64,000 nucleotides of DNA, taken from NCBI GenBank assembly GCA_017962175.1, contig JAGCVU010000248.1, positions 2,514 through 66,513 of the forward strand, in the 5' to 3' direction. The notes beneath the pieces were generated by a model. The model was not told where the DNA came from. It searched no databases and saw only the letters and a list, made by a program, of their open reading frames with translations. Each line of letters begins with the position of its first letter. The first letter of the stretch is position 1. This DNA is from Bacteroidales bacterium. Its GTDB lineage: Bacteria; Bacteroidota; Bacteroidia; Bacteroidales; UBA3824. A program made the position numbers and the translations under genes. Of the stretch, positions 9,241 to 18,422 are shown in pieces.

Positions 9241-11202
9241 CTACTCTGATAGTACAAACTCCACACGACGGTTTAATGCTCGTCCCTCAGATGTGGAATT
9301 AGGAGCCATAGGAGTACTCTTGCCATATGCCTTGTACGACAGACGTTTTGCATCTATACCTACCATTATCAAATAGTTGTATACAGTTCGGCAACGTTTT
9401 TCGCTCAAAACCATATTAAATTCGTTGTTGCCCACAGCATCGGTATGTCCGGCAAGTTCCATTTTGTATTGCGGATATTCGGTAAGAAACAATGCAAGTT
9501 GTCGCAAAACAGCCTCGCTTGTGGGCGAAAGTTGAGCTGAATTAAACTCAAAATTCACATTTTCCATCACCACAGGCACACCAGTTTGAATTTTGTCGAT
9601 ACGAATATCCTTAAATGTTGGCGGAACATACTCAACCGAATCAGGCTGAATCACTTGAACATTGTACAAAAATCCTTTTTTCTTAAAGGTGAGCATATAC
9701 TCTTCGTCTTCGTTAACTTGCGTAGAAACAGCATATTCACCGTTTTTCTTGGTTTCATCGTGGGCAGTTTCAAAGGTTTTTAAACCTGTTAGTTCAACGC
9801 TAACATTGGGTACAGGTTCGCCATTTTCGTTGGTAATTTTTCCTTTGATAAGAATCACTTGGTTAGGACTTGCCTCAGGTGGAAGGTCGGAGCAATAGAT
9901 ATCCCAATCGCCTTGTCCGCTGAGCATTTTCGACGAAAAATAAATTCGTTTGCCGTCGGCACTTACCACGTATGCCACCTCGTCGCCTTCGGTGTTGATG
10001 GGAAATCCGATATTTTTGGGTTTTGAAAACCGCGACATATCGTCTAAACGGCTTACAAAAATATCAAAACCGCCGAGACCGCCGTGTCCGTTGGATGCAA
10101 AATAGAGCGTTCTGTTGTCGGAATGTATAAACGGTGTTTTTTCGTCAAACTCGGTATTGATTTTTGGACCAAGATTGATGGGCGAACTCCACAGAGAATC
10201 AGAAGATTTGCGCACAATTTTATAAATATCGTAACCGCCATAACCACCGGGACGGTTGCTCGAAAAATAAATAGTATTGCCGGTAGCATCCACAGTTGGC
10301 TGACCGTCAAACAAATCGGTGTTTACGGTGTTTGGCAGTTTAATCAATGGTTGCCATACACCGTTTTCGTTGGCAGAATAGTAAATGTCGCAATCCTCGT
10401 GATCACAAATGGTGATATACACCACGCGATTATCAACTGTGAAGCACGCTCCGCCTTGCAACTTGCCTTGATTAAACGGCGAAGGAAGAGGTTCGCCCAC
10501 TGTATAAAGTTCTGCCACAGTGTCGTTTGTAGAAATTTTGCGACTTAAAACTATCTGCTCCGAAAAATCTCCATTGCGCTTAATATGGCGACGTGTAAAC
10601 AGAAACAACTCTCCATCGGGCGAAATCATCGGCAGATATTCGTCGTCGGAAGTGGAAATATTTTTCAATTCGCGGGGGTTAAACTTAACCGGGTGACTTA
10701 TAATGTCGTAATATTCGTGAATCATATCAAGACGCTTTTGCGCCTTGGCACGACACGATGGTGCAGAATTGTCGTTGTCAAGAAAACTATTGAACAACCG
10801 TTCCGATTGTTCAAATTTTCGGTCGAGATAGCAACATTCGCCGAGATAAAAACTTGCACGACAACTATCGTGAGTAGGACAAAACTCAAACGAAAGAGCT
10901 AAATTTTTCTGCGCCAATTTTGAAAACTCCAACGCTCGGTCGGTCTGAAATCTCAGCTGTGCATCGCGTTGTTTATTAAGATAAAACTCGCCCAAAAGCA
11001 GAGTAGCAGGATAATATTTGGGATAATCAATAGTAATCTCGTTGAGATACTTAAAACCAAGATCCTGATTTTCTGACAAGAGAGCCACTGCATCGGAGTA
11101 TTTCTTGTCGAGACCCTTGACCTTGGGCAAAGAGCAAGGTTTCTGCGCCAGACAAGTCGCAGAAACCAGCACCATAATCGTAAGAGGCAGAATACGTTTC
11201 AT
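9241..11202 (-). CDS. OmpA-family protein with TPR-like, TolB-type (PD40) beta-propeller repeats and CarboxypepD_reg-like domain
   Basis: The start is at the ATG (MKRILPL signal peptide); the track begins at an upstream TTG. PD40 repeats: 'YFSSNRPGGYGGYDIY', 'LYFASNGHGGLGGFDIF', 'IYFSSKMLSGQGDWDIY'. The C-terminal OmpA motif is 'LAGHTDAVGNNEFNMVLSEKR...NRRVEF'. Confidence 0.85.
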   Translation of the reverse strand: MKRILPLTIMVLVSATCLAQKPCSLPKVKGLDKKYSDAVALLSENQDLGFKYLNEITIDYPKYYPATLLLGEFYLNKQRDAQLRFQTDRALEFSKLAQKNLALSFEFCPTHDSCRASFYLGECCYLDRKFEQSERLFNSFLDNDNSAPSCRAKAQKRLDMIHEYYDIISHPVKFNPRELKNISTSDDEYLPMISPDGELFLFTRRHIKRNGDFSEQIVLSRKISTNDTVAELYTVGEPLPSPFNQGKLQGGACFTVDNRVVYITICDHEDCDIYYSANENGVWQPLIKLPNTVNTDLFDGQPTVDATGNTIYFSSNRPGGYGGYDIYKIVRKSSDSLWSSPINLGPKINTEFDEKTPFIHSDNRTLYFASNGHGGLGGFDIFVSRLDDMSRFSKPKNIGFPINTEGDEVAYVVSADGKRIYFSSKMLSGQGDWDIYCSDLPPEASPNQVILIKGKITNENGEPVPNVSVELTGLKTFETAHDETKKNGEYAVSTQVNEDEEYMLTFKKKGFLYNVQVIQPDSVEYVPPTFKDIRIDKIQTGVPVVMENVNFEFNSAQLSPTSEAVLRQLALFLTEYPQYKMELAGHTDAVGNNEFNMVLSEKRCRTVYNYLIMVGIDAKRLSYKAYGKSTPMAPNSTSEGRALNRRVEFVLSE

Positions 11203-11268
11203 AACTATAAGGCTTTTTTCTTTATAACGTAAGAAAAGCAAAAATGAAACAAAAATGCCTCAAAAATC

Positions 11269-14124
11269 TTACTTTATGCTCTCAGCCTTTTGCATAGCCT
11301 CATTGTTGATCTTATTGGCCTGCTGTTCGGCGGTGTTCACAATTTTGTCGCCTTGAGCCCTTGCAGTAGAAACCACTTTGTCGGCCTGTGCATATGCTTC
11401 GTTGAGTTTTTTGTCGGCTTCAGCCTTTGCTTTCTTTTTCAACTCGTCGGCAGATTTTTGTGCAGCGGCTTTAGCCAATGGGTTTGTTGCCTTTGCAATA
11501 AGTTCATCAGCTTTTTTAGAGGCCTCGGCTATTGCCTGATCTGATAGCTCCTTGGCTTGCTGTTTCAACTTGTCGCACTGCTTTTGAGCAGAATTGATAA
11601 GTGTATCGCGAGTGTGTTTTGCCACAGCTATCACTTCATCGGCCTTCTTCTTGGCTTCGGCTATATATTTCTTGGCATTTTCAGAGAGTTTCTCTTTTGC
11701 TTCTTGAATCTTTTCTTGAACTACCTCTTTGATTACATCGGTGGCTGAAGTGTGGAATCCTACAATTTTGGGACTCAAAACAGTACCGCCAATTGTGGCT
11801 ACAACTTTAATCATACCGCTACGGTCGCCACCAGCCACTTTGCCGAGAAGCTCGTTTGCCATAGACTCCACAAGGGTGAGACCAAAATCAAAATTAAGCG
11901 ATTGGTCGAGACCGAGTTTGCCGCCAAATGAAGCATCTTGATCGTTGAGTTTAAACGCTGTAGTATCTACAATCACATCGCCGTCGATAATTTTGAAACC
12001 AACATTGATATTTTTCAAAGCAGGGTTAGCAAGTTTCTCATTTTTAGTAACTTGACCTATCATCTGGAAAATTTCAGAATTTTTGATAGCCACTTGATTT
12101 GTTGCAAGTCGTCCATCGCCATTGATGGTTTTAAGGTCGGGATTGAGAAAACGATCGGTGAAACCTGCGAAATTAATCTTAGCAGTAACATTGCCCTGAC
12201 ATTTTGTAGCAATAGGTGCAAGCTCTTGAACTGTGTTGAACGTTTTTGCAGTGGTTTGAATATCTACCTGACTTAAATCGAGTTGCAAATCCAATCCTGG
12301 ACGGTTGATGTCGGCAGCATCGTAAACACCTGAAGCAAAAACTTTACCACCAAGAGTATTGAGTTTCAAATCATTGAGAAATGCAGCACCGTTTTTCAAC
12401 CCAATCATACCGGTGAGATTATTGATAACTAAACTATCGTAAAGTATCTTTCCAATGTTTGAATTAAGAGCAAAATCAATGTTGGTAGGAATTTCGGGAG
12501 CCTCAACAGCCGAAGTGTCGGTAACACCATCGGAAGCCACAACCGAATGATCGTAAGAGTAAAAATCGTTTACATCAATAAGATTGCTCTTAAAGTTGAA
12601 CGAAGCTTTCAGTGTGCTATCGGCAAACACATAATGGAAAATGTTGTCGATTTTGCCGGTGAGGTTAAAATCGCTCTTACCCATTGTCATATTGAGAGTT
12701 TCAAGGTCAGCCTTTTTGGGCGAAATAATAAGGTGAGCCTTGCTGATATCAATAGGCGGAAGGTCGGTCATCACAGTGCGGAAATTTTGCAAATTGATGT
12801 CTCCCTTAGCGTTAAACTTATCGTAAGCACCGTCGTCAAGATACGAAAGTTTGCCGTCGAAACTGAGAATTGCCTTAACCAAACCTTTCAAAGTCATATC
12901 TTCCAAAGGCACTACATCGGCAACAGATTCAAGTTGCAACGAAGCATTTACATCTCCAGCCAAATCAATATCTTTGGCAGAGGTCTGAACCAAGAAACGA
13001 GCGTCGATCGGGTTGTCAGCAATGTTTAAATGAACCTTCTTGGCATCAATATTAAGACTATCCAAATTGCCGGGACATTTAACACTAACATCCACATTGA
13101 TATTTTCAACCGATTTGGGAAGGTCGGGATATTGAAAACGAGCATTGTCAATCAAAAGGTTAACCCAAAATTCGGGGAAAGAAACAGCGTTGAAATTACC
13201 TTTAGCACCACCGTCAAACGAAAACGAACCTGAGGTTTTTACACCTTCGAGATCCTTAGCATAATCGGCGGGAATCATACTCAAAACACTCTTAAAATCG
13301 GTATTGTCGGCACCAAATTTCAAATCCATACATACATTGGTGTCGGGCACAGCAATCCATCCGTCGAGGTTGAGAGCAAGTTGATTGATTTTGAATACAT
13401 TTTCACGGAACGAAAATTTCATCTTCTCCATATCAGCATCAAGGTTGCTCTTAACGTCAACCACAGCATCGTTGATATAGATAATGGGTCCCATGCGAAC
13501 ATTGAGTTTTGAAATGTCCATAAGCATTGAGAGAATCGACTCCTTGTCGCTGAGGTCGCCGGTAAGTTTGAAATTGAGCGAATCGATAAGTGCGTGAACA
13601 TCGGTAATACTATCGGTGTAAAGTACACGCATATTGTTGATTTCAAACTTTTTGAGAGCAAGTTTAAACGACGAAGCCGGCAGAGTGTCAATTTCTTGTT
13701 CTTCCACAGCCGTAGAATCGGTTTTAACAATGTCGTAATTTGGCTTGCCGTTTTTAAGCACAATAATATTAAACTTTGGCTGCTGAAGGTCTACCTGTTT
13801 TACCTTGATTTTGCCACCAAAAAGCGACATCAGGTTAACAGTGGCTTCTAAACGGTCGAATGCAGCAAGAGTGTCGTGTTCAAATTCGTCAACACCTTTT
13901 AAATATACACTATCAACACGGATTGTAACGTCGGGGAAATGCTTGAATAAGTTCATATTCAAGTCCTTAACATACAAGTCGGCATTGATATAATCTTTGG
14001 CCAACTGACATCCGTAATTGAGCAGTTTGTCAGAGAAAAACATCGGTATTATGATCATCAGCGCTATCACCGCCAACAATACGAATGCCAATACTTTGAC
14101 AATTTTTTTGATAATTTTTTTCAT
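11269..14124 (-). CDS. AsmA-family (AsmA/TamB-like) envelope protein with Ala/Lys/Glu-rich helical C-terminal tail
   Basis: The start is at the ATG (MKKIIKKIV plus a TM anchor); the track begins at an upstream GTG. The protein is long and predicted beta-rich, with repetitive 'lnl.g.i...' segments as in AsmA-like proteins. Confidence 0.65.
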   Translation of the reverse strand: MKKIIKKIVKVLAFVLLAVIALMIIIPMFFSDKLLNYGCQLAKDYINADLYVKDLNMNLFKHFPDVTIRVDSVYLKGVDEFEHDTLAAFDRLEATVNLMSLFGGKIKVKQVDLQQPKFNIIVLKNGKPNYDIVKTDSTAVEEQEIDTLPASSFKLALKKFEINNMRVLYTDSITDVHALIDSLNFKLTGDLSDKESILSMLMDISKLNVRMGPIIYINDAVVDVKSNLDADMEKMKFSFRENVFKINQLALNLDGWIAVPDTNVCMDLKFGADNTDFKSVLSMIPADYAKDLEGVKTSGSFSFDGGAKGNFNAVSFPEFWVNLLIDNARFQYPDLPKSVENINVDVSVKCPGNLDSLNIDAKKVHLNIADNPIDARFLVQTSAKDIDLAGDVNASLQLESVADVVPLEDMTLKGLVKAILSFDGKLSYLDDGAYDKFNAKGDINLQNFRTVMTDLPPIDISKAHLIISPKKADLETLNMTMGKSDFNLTGKIDNIFHYVFADSTLKASFNFKSNLIDVNDFYSYDHSVVASDGVTDTSAVEAPEIPTNIDFALNSNIGKILYDSLVINNLTGMIGLKNGAAFLNDLKLNTLGGKVFASGVYDAADINRPGLDLQLDLSQVDIQTTAKTFNTVQELAPIATKCQGNVTAKINFAGFTDRFLNPDLKTINGDGRLATNQVAIKNSEIFQMIGQVTKNEKLANPALKNINVGFKIIDGDVIVDTTAFKLNDQDASFGGKLGLDQSLNFDFGLTLVESMANELLGKVAGGDRSGMIKVVATIGGTVLSPKIVGFHTSATDVIKEVVQEKIQEAKEKLSENAKKYIAEAKKKADEVIAVAKHTRDTLINSAQKQCDKLKQQAKELSDQAIAEASKKADELIAKATNPLAKAAAQKSADELKKKAKAEADKKLNEAYAQADKVVSTARAQGDKIVNTAEQQANKINNEAMQKAESIK

Positions 14125-14249
14125 CTGAATAATCCTCCTAAATAATTTTTTACAACCCACAAAACTAACAATAATTATTTATATAGACACACAATTTTGC
14201 ACAGATATTGATTTATTTTTTATAAATTTGCAACAACAAATGTAAAACT

Positions 14250-14870
14250 ATGGCGGAATTATTATTAAGCACAGCTTATCTACCAAATATACAATATATT
14301 AGAGCAATAGCGCAAAATCAGGAAGCAACCATAGAACTGTTTGAACATTTTCCAAAACAGACTTTCCGAAACCGTTGCCACATACTCACAGAGGCAGGTG
14401 CCACAAGTCTGAGCATTCCTATTGTAAAAGGCAAAAGCAAGCAATATTTGCGCGACACAAAAATCAGTTACAACGAACGTTGGCAACCTCAGCACTGGCA
14501 CGCTATAGTGTCGGCATACAACTCTTCGCCATTTTTTGAATATTTCCGCGACGATATGGAACCATTCTTCCGCCGTCAATTCACCTTCCTTATTGACCTC
14601 AACAATGTGATTAACGATTTGATTTTTAAAATATTAAAAATCAAAACCACCATACATCACACCAATGATTTTATCACTCTTGATAATCCGAATTTCTACG
14701 ACTTACGAAACTCAATTCACCCCAAAAAGAGTCAGACAATAGGCGAAAATTATTACACAGAAACACCTTATCCTCAGGTGTTTGACTCAAAATTTGGTTT
14801 CGTACCAAATTTGAGCATTATAGATATGATATTCAACGTAGGTTTTGAGGCTGAAGAACTTGTAAAATAG
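14250..14870 (+). CDS. WbqC family protein
   Basis: 206 aa. The N-terminus 'LLSTAYLPNIQYIRAI' and 'FPKQTFRNRCHI' match the WbqC-like family pattern. Confidence 0.7.
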   Translation: MAELLLSTAYLPNIQYIRAIAQNQEATIELFEHFPKQTFRNRCHILTEAGATSLSIPIVKGKSKQYLRDTKISYNERWQPQHWHAIVSAYNSSPFFEYFRDDMEPFFRRQFTFLIDLNNVINDLIFKILKIKTTIHHTNDFITLDNPNFYDLRNSIHPKKSQTIGENYYTETPYPQVFDSKFGFVPNLSIIDMIFNVGFEAEELVK

Positions 14871-14879
14871 GCATAAGCA

Positions 14880-16235
14880 ATGATTGAACGACTGAAAAAC
14901 TTGGAATTTTACATCCCGCTGTTCATCGGCGCTTATTTGATAGCAGCGTTTAGATTCAAGGTGTTTGTGCTACCGTTTTCGTTTGGAGAAATAGAGTTTC
15001 TAAACCAATACATCAACATCACTGCCGATGGCAAGGCAGAATTGTTTCAAGGCAATATTCCAAACATTCCAGTATTGATTTACTACCTGATTATCAATAT
15101 ATTTGGTACCAATATCACCATAATACGCTCTGTGTCTGCGCTGTTTGCGGTCATTAATATTTTTGTGATTTGGAAATTTGGCAATTTCTTTTTTGGCAAA
15201 CAGGCGGGCATTTTCGCCGCTACAATTACTATTGTGCAGAATGTATATTTGGCGCAATTTGCCACAGTGTTGCCCGATACCATCAACTCAACGCTAATAA
15301 TAGCAGCGTTTTACTGTTTTCTCCGCGAAAAATATCGCACTATGGCAATATGGCTTGTGTTGGCTGTAAATATCAACATATCAAGTATTTTAACCGTATT
15401 GTTTCTTCTTGTGGCGTTTTTAGCTAAACTGAATACTCAAAACAAGTCGCAATCTATTGTATTTTTTGTGATTCCAATAATGGTGTATGCCACAGCCGAG
15501 GCTGTTAACTTTACAGTTTTCAACGAATTAGGCGTACTCAAAAATTTCTCATTGGCAAATTTCATCAATGAGTTTTACAACAAAACAGAGTTTGTATTCA
15601 TATTGCAACAGAGAATATGCCTTGTGGCTATTTTTGCAATAGCACTCACAGCTGCCGCTTTGCAACGTCAAATAGAAAAATACGAAGTGAAAACCTACGT
15701 TTATGTAGGAGTGCTGATGATTCTGCTTACCGCTGCACATTCTTTGGTACAAACCGAATTGCGACAATTGGTAACAGCTGTTACACTTTTGGCAATAATT
15801 ACCGGCGCAGCAGTTTCTGAAATAAAGATTTTTTATTCGTACAAATACATAATAATCAGCATTTTGATAATATTTTTTGCAGTGTTTGCAGCACGCAGTC
15901 GCAATACGTCGAGCGAATATATTGCATACACCAATCAAACCGAAACCGATATGAGCGCAGCCAAATACGCAAGCGAAAATATACCGTCTGACGACACTGT
16001 AATGTGTAGTCAGATTTTTTACAAAATACTAAGCAACAAGCATTTGGGATACATTTCTACTCCGCTCACAAATATCGACACAGTTTATTCCACCACCAAA
16101 TACAGTTACATAATCAAGGGGCAAGATTCGGGCAATAAATTGATCAACGCTGTACTGCTCGAAGACAACTGCTTATTAGAGAAGGCATTCACCAAAAAAG
16201 ACGCCGAGACCGAAGTATACAGCATAGAGAAATAA
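14880..16235 (+). CDS. polytopic membrane protein, possibly a GT-C fold (ArnT/PMT-like) glycosyltransferase
   Basis: 451 aa with about 11 predicted TM helices and a soluble C-terminal domain of about 90 aa. It lies 9 bp downstream of WbqC. The family assignment is tentative. Confidence 0.35.
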   Translation: MIERLKNLEFYIPLFIGAYLIAAFRFKVFVLPFSFGEIEFLNQYINITADGKAELFQGNIPNIPVLIYYLIINIFGTNITIIRSVSALFAVINIFVIWKFGNFFFGKQAGIFAATITIVQNVYLAQFATVLPDTINSTLIIAAFYCFLREKYRTMAIWLVLAVNINISSILTVLFLLVAFLAKLNTQNKSQSIVFFVIPIMVYATAEAVNFTVFNELGVLKNFSLANFINEFYNKTEFVFILQQRICLVAIFAIALTAAALQRQIEKYEVKTYVYVGVLMILLTAAHSLVQTELRQLVTAVTLLAIITGAAVSEIKIFYSYKYIIISILIIFFAVFAARSRNTSSEYIAYTNQTETDMSAAKYASENIPSDDTVMCSQIFYKILSNKHLGYISTPLTNIDTVYSTTKYSYIIKGQDSGNKLINAVLLEDNCLLEKAFTKKDAETEVYSIEK

Positions 16236-16238
16236 AAA

Positions 16239-16256
16239 AGCCTCCTTTCGGAGGCT
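16239..16256 (-). terminator. terminator hairpin between convergent genes
   Basis: agcctcc/ggaggct forms a 7-bp GC-rich stem with loop tttc. The U-run is on the minus-strand side (plus-strand aaaaa, 16234-16238), so it best serves the glycogen synthase gene. Confidence 0.7.
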
Positions 16257-16282
16257 GTCTATAATACATAATACTTAACAAT

Positions 16283-18103
16283 CTATCGTTTTATAACTTC
16301 GTCGTAAGCGTCAAAATAGTTTTGAGCAAGATTTGTCCAGTCGAAATGCGTAGAGTTTTCCTCCACATTGTTTCGCATGCTTATGCGTTCGCGGCGACTG
16401 AGCTTAACAAATCGCAACATCAAATTTGCCATTTGCTCTGCACTATCGTTGTAGCTAACATTCTTACGATTAACCACATAGAGACCCATTTTTTCGCAAT
16501 CGTCGAATTTTGCTTTGATGTACGAACCGAATCCGGCAAGGTCGCTGGTGATTGAGGGAATACCGCTCGCCATACATTCCAACGGAGTGTAACCCCAAGG
16601 TTCGTAATACGACGGGAAAACGCCCAAGTGACAACCACGGATAAATTGTCCGTACTCCATGTGAAACAGCGGGTTAGCCGAATTGATAAAGTCGGGATGG
16701 TAAACCACTTTAACTTTATCGTCGCGGTTGTTGATAAGGTTCGACATACGGAGGAAATTCAACACAGGGTCGTTTTCGTTTTTGAGGTTGTGGGTAACAA
16801 TCAAAGGCAGATTGTTGCTCTTCCAAGTTTTAACATTACGACGAAGTTTGAGTTCTTCGTGCTCCTCAATCATATCGTTGAGGTTGGGCAACTTAAACGA
16901 ACCATTGCTTTGAGTAATGGAGTAGAAAAGTTTTTTGCCAAGGTCGCGCTCAATTTCTTCGGTATTGCGTTTAATTTCTTCCAAAAGTGCTTTAGAATGA
17001 AGTACTTGCGCATTAAACGAGTAAGTAGGCTGACGAGTTATAAGGAAGAATACAACTGTGGCGTCGATATTCTCTAATTTCATTTTGTAATTGAGCCTTG
17101 CAAGTGCCTCCAAAGTAAGGTCAAAGCCCTTGTTTTGATACTCAAAACGTCCCGACGAGAAGAAATACATCGTTTTGTCCAAGTTAAACGAGTAACTTTG
17201 GAAGAAATGACCCATTACAAACTCGTTGATTTGTTCCTTGTAATCTAAGTGGAGGTTTTGGAATTCGTGCATAGCCTCAAAACGCTCGATATTCAAGCCG
17301 TTGGGCAAAATAAAATCTGGAGTGCGACCAAGCAAGTGAGTACATTCCTGAGCTGTGATTTCGCTTACGGTGGAAAACACGTGGCTACCATGAGCAGCTG
17401 CACGTTCCAAAGCTACAATGGGATAGATATTAAAGTGTTTAGCCTCGTCTTCCCAATTGTAAAACGGCAGATTGTTGTAGAAACTATGGTCGTTCATAGC
17501 CAGATAGCGACCGAGCATTGTGGCGTGAGTGGTGAAAACAGTCTTGATAGGCATATTCTCCTTTCGGATGTCCATAATAGGCACACCTGCCATCCATTCA
17601 TGGAAATGAGCTATAATGTTGGTCTGTTGCAAATCGCTGTTAACCAATATTCTAAAAAACTCAGTTACCTGATAACCAAACGAAAGAACCTTGTTGGTAA
17701 GGTCGTCGTCGTAGTCGATAGAGATATAATGGTCGGCCCAAAGTTTATACTTGATGTCGCCAAGACGGTTGAATATAGTATAAGGGTTAAAAAGTATCAC
17801 TTTGGGTCTACCAGTAACGAGCCAGTGACCATAATGCACCTCGAAACCGCTTTCGCGCATAGTGTGAACGGCGAAACCCACAGGGTCGGAAAGATCTTCG
17901 ATAGCATCAAAAGCCGGTGAGGCCTGATCCTCGAAATAAGGTCCGAGCAGTATATAATTTTCTCTGTTCCATTTATTTACAATGGCGGGAATCTTTGAGC
18001 GGATAACGGTATAAATACCGCCAACTTGGTTGCAGACCTCCCATGCACATTCAAAAAGCATTGTCTGCGTAAAAAGTTCTTTATTTTCCTTTTCTTTGAC
18101 CAT
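16283..18103 (-). CDS. glycogen synthase, GT3 (eukaryote-type) family
   Basis: 606 aa. The N-terminal 'ECAWEVCNQVGGIYTV' is the GT3 glycogen synthase signature, and the C-terminal 'GVFPSYYEPWGYTPLE' is the GT-B nucleotide-sugar motif. Confidence 0.85.
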   Translation of the reverse strand: MVKEKENKELFTQTMLFECAWEVCNQVGGIYTVIRSKIPAIVNKWNRENYILLGPYFEDQASPAFDAIEDLSDPVGFAVHTMRESGFEVHYGHWLVTGRPKVILFNPYTIFNRLGDIKYKLWADHYISIDYDDDLTNKVLSFGYQVTEFFRILVNSDLQQTNIIAHFHEWMAGVPIMDIRKENMPIKTVFTTHATMLGRYLAMNDHSFYNNLPFYNWEDEAKHFNIYPIVALERAAAHGSHVFSTVSEITAQECTHLLGRTPDFILPNGLNIERFEAMHEFQNLHLDYKEQINEFVMGHFFQSYSFNLDKTMYFFSSGRFEYQNKGFDLTLEALARLNYKMKLENIDATVVFFLITRQPTYSFNAQVLHSKALLEEIKRNTEEIERDLGKKLFYSITQSNGSFKLPNLNDMIEEHEELKLRRNVKTWKSNNLPLIVTHNLKNENDPVLNFLRMSNLINNRDDKVKVVYHPDFINSANPLFHMEYGQFIRGCHLGVFPSYYEPWGYTPLECMASGIPSITSDLAGFGSYIKAKFDDCEKMGLYVVNRKNVSYNDSAEQMANLMLRFVKLSRRERISMRNNVEENSTHFDWTNLAQNYFDAYDEVIKR

Positions 18104-18363
18104 TTTAGTTCAAATTAATAGTTCGGAAATTATTATTAAATAATAATCTTCTGTATTTCAATATGTTAGCCTATTAAACAAGTATTTAATTTCTAATATC
18201 CAAATTTACAAGTTTTTATATACAATGTCAAGTTTTTTTAAATAAAAATTATCAATTTAAAAACTTTTTTTTAACATCATTATAAGGTGGTGATTTTCAG
18301 ATTTGTAACAAATAATATTTTTTTAATCATTAACAATGTACTAAAAATACCACACCTTTTGTA

Positions 18364-18398
18364 ACAAAAAAGGTGCAAATTTTATTAAAATCTGCACC
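18364..18398 (-). terminator. rho-independent terminator ending the 23396-18423 gene cluster
   Basis: ggtgcaaatttta/taaaatctgcacc forms a long stem (18372-18398, one mismatch), followed on the minus strand by a U-run (plus-strand A-run 18365-18371). Confidence 0.75.
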
Positions 18399-18422
18399 TT
18401 TGTATAAAATTAAAATGAAAAA

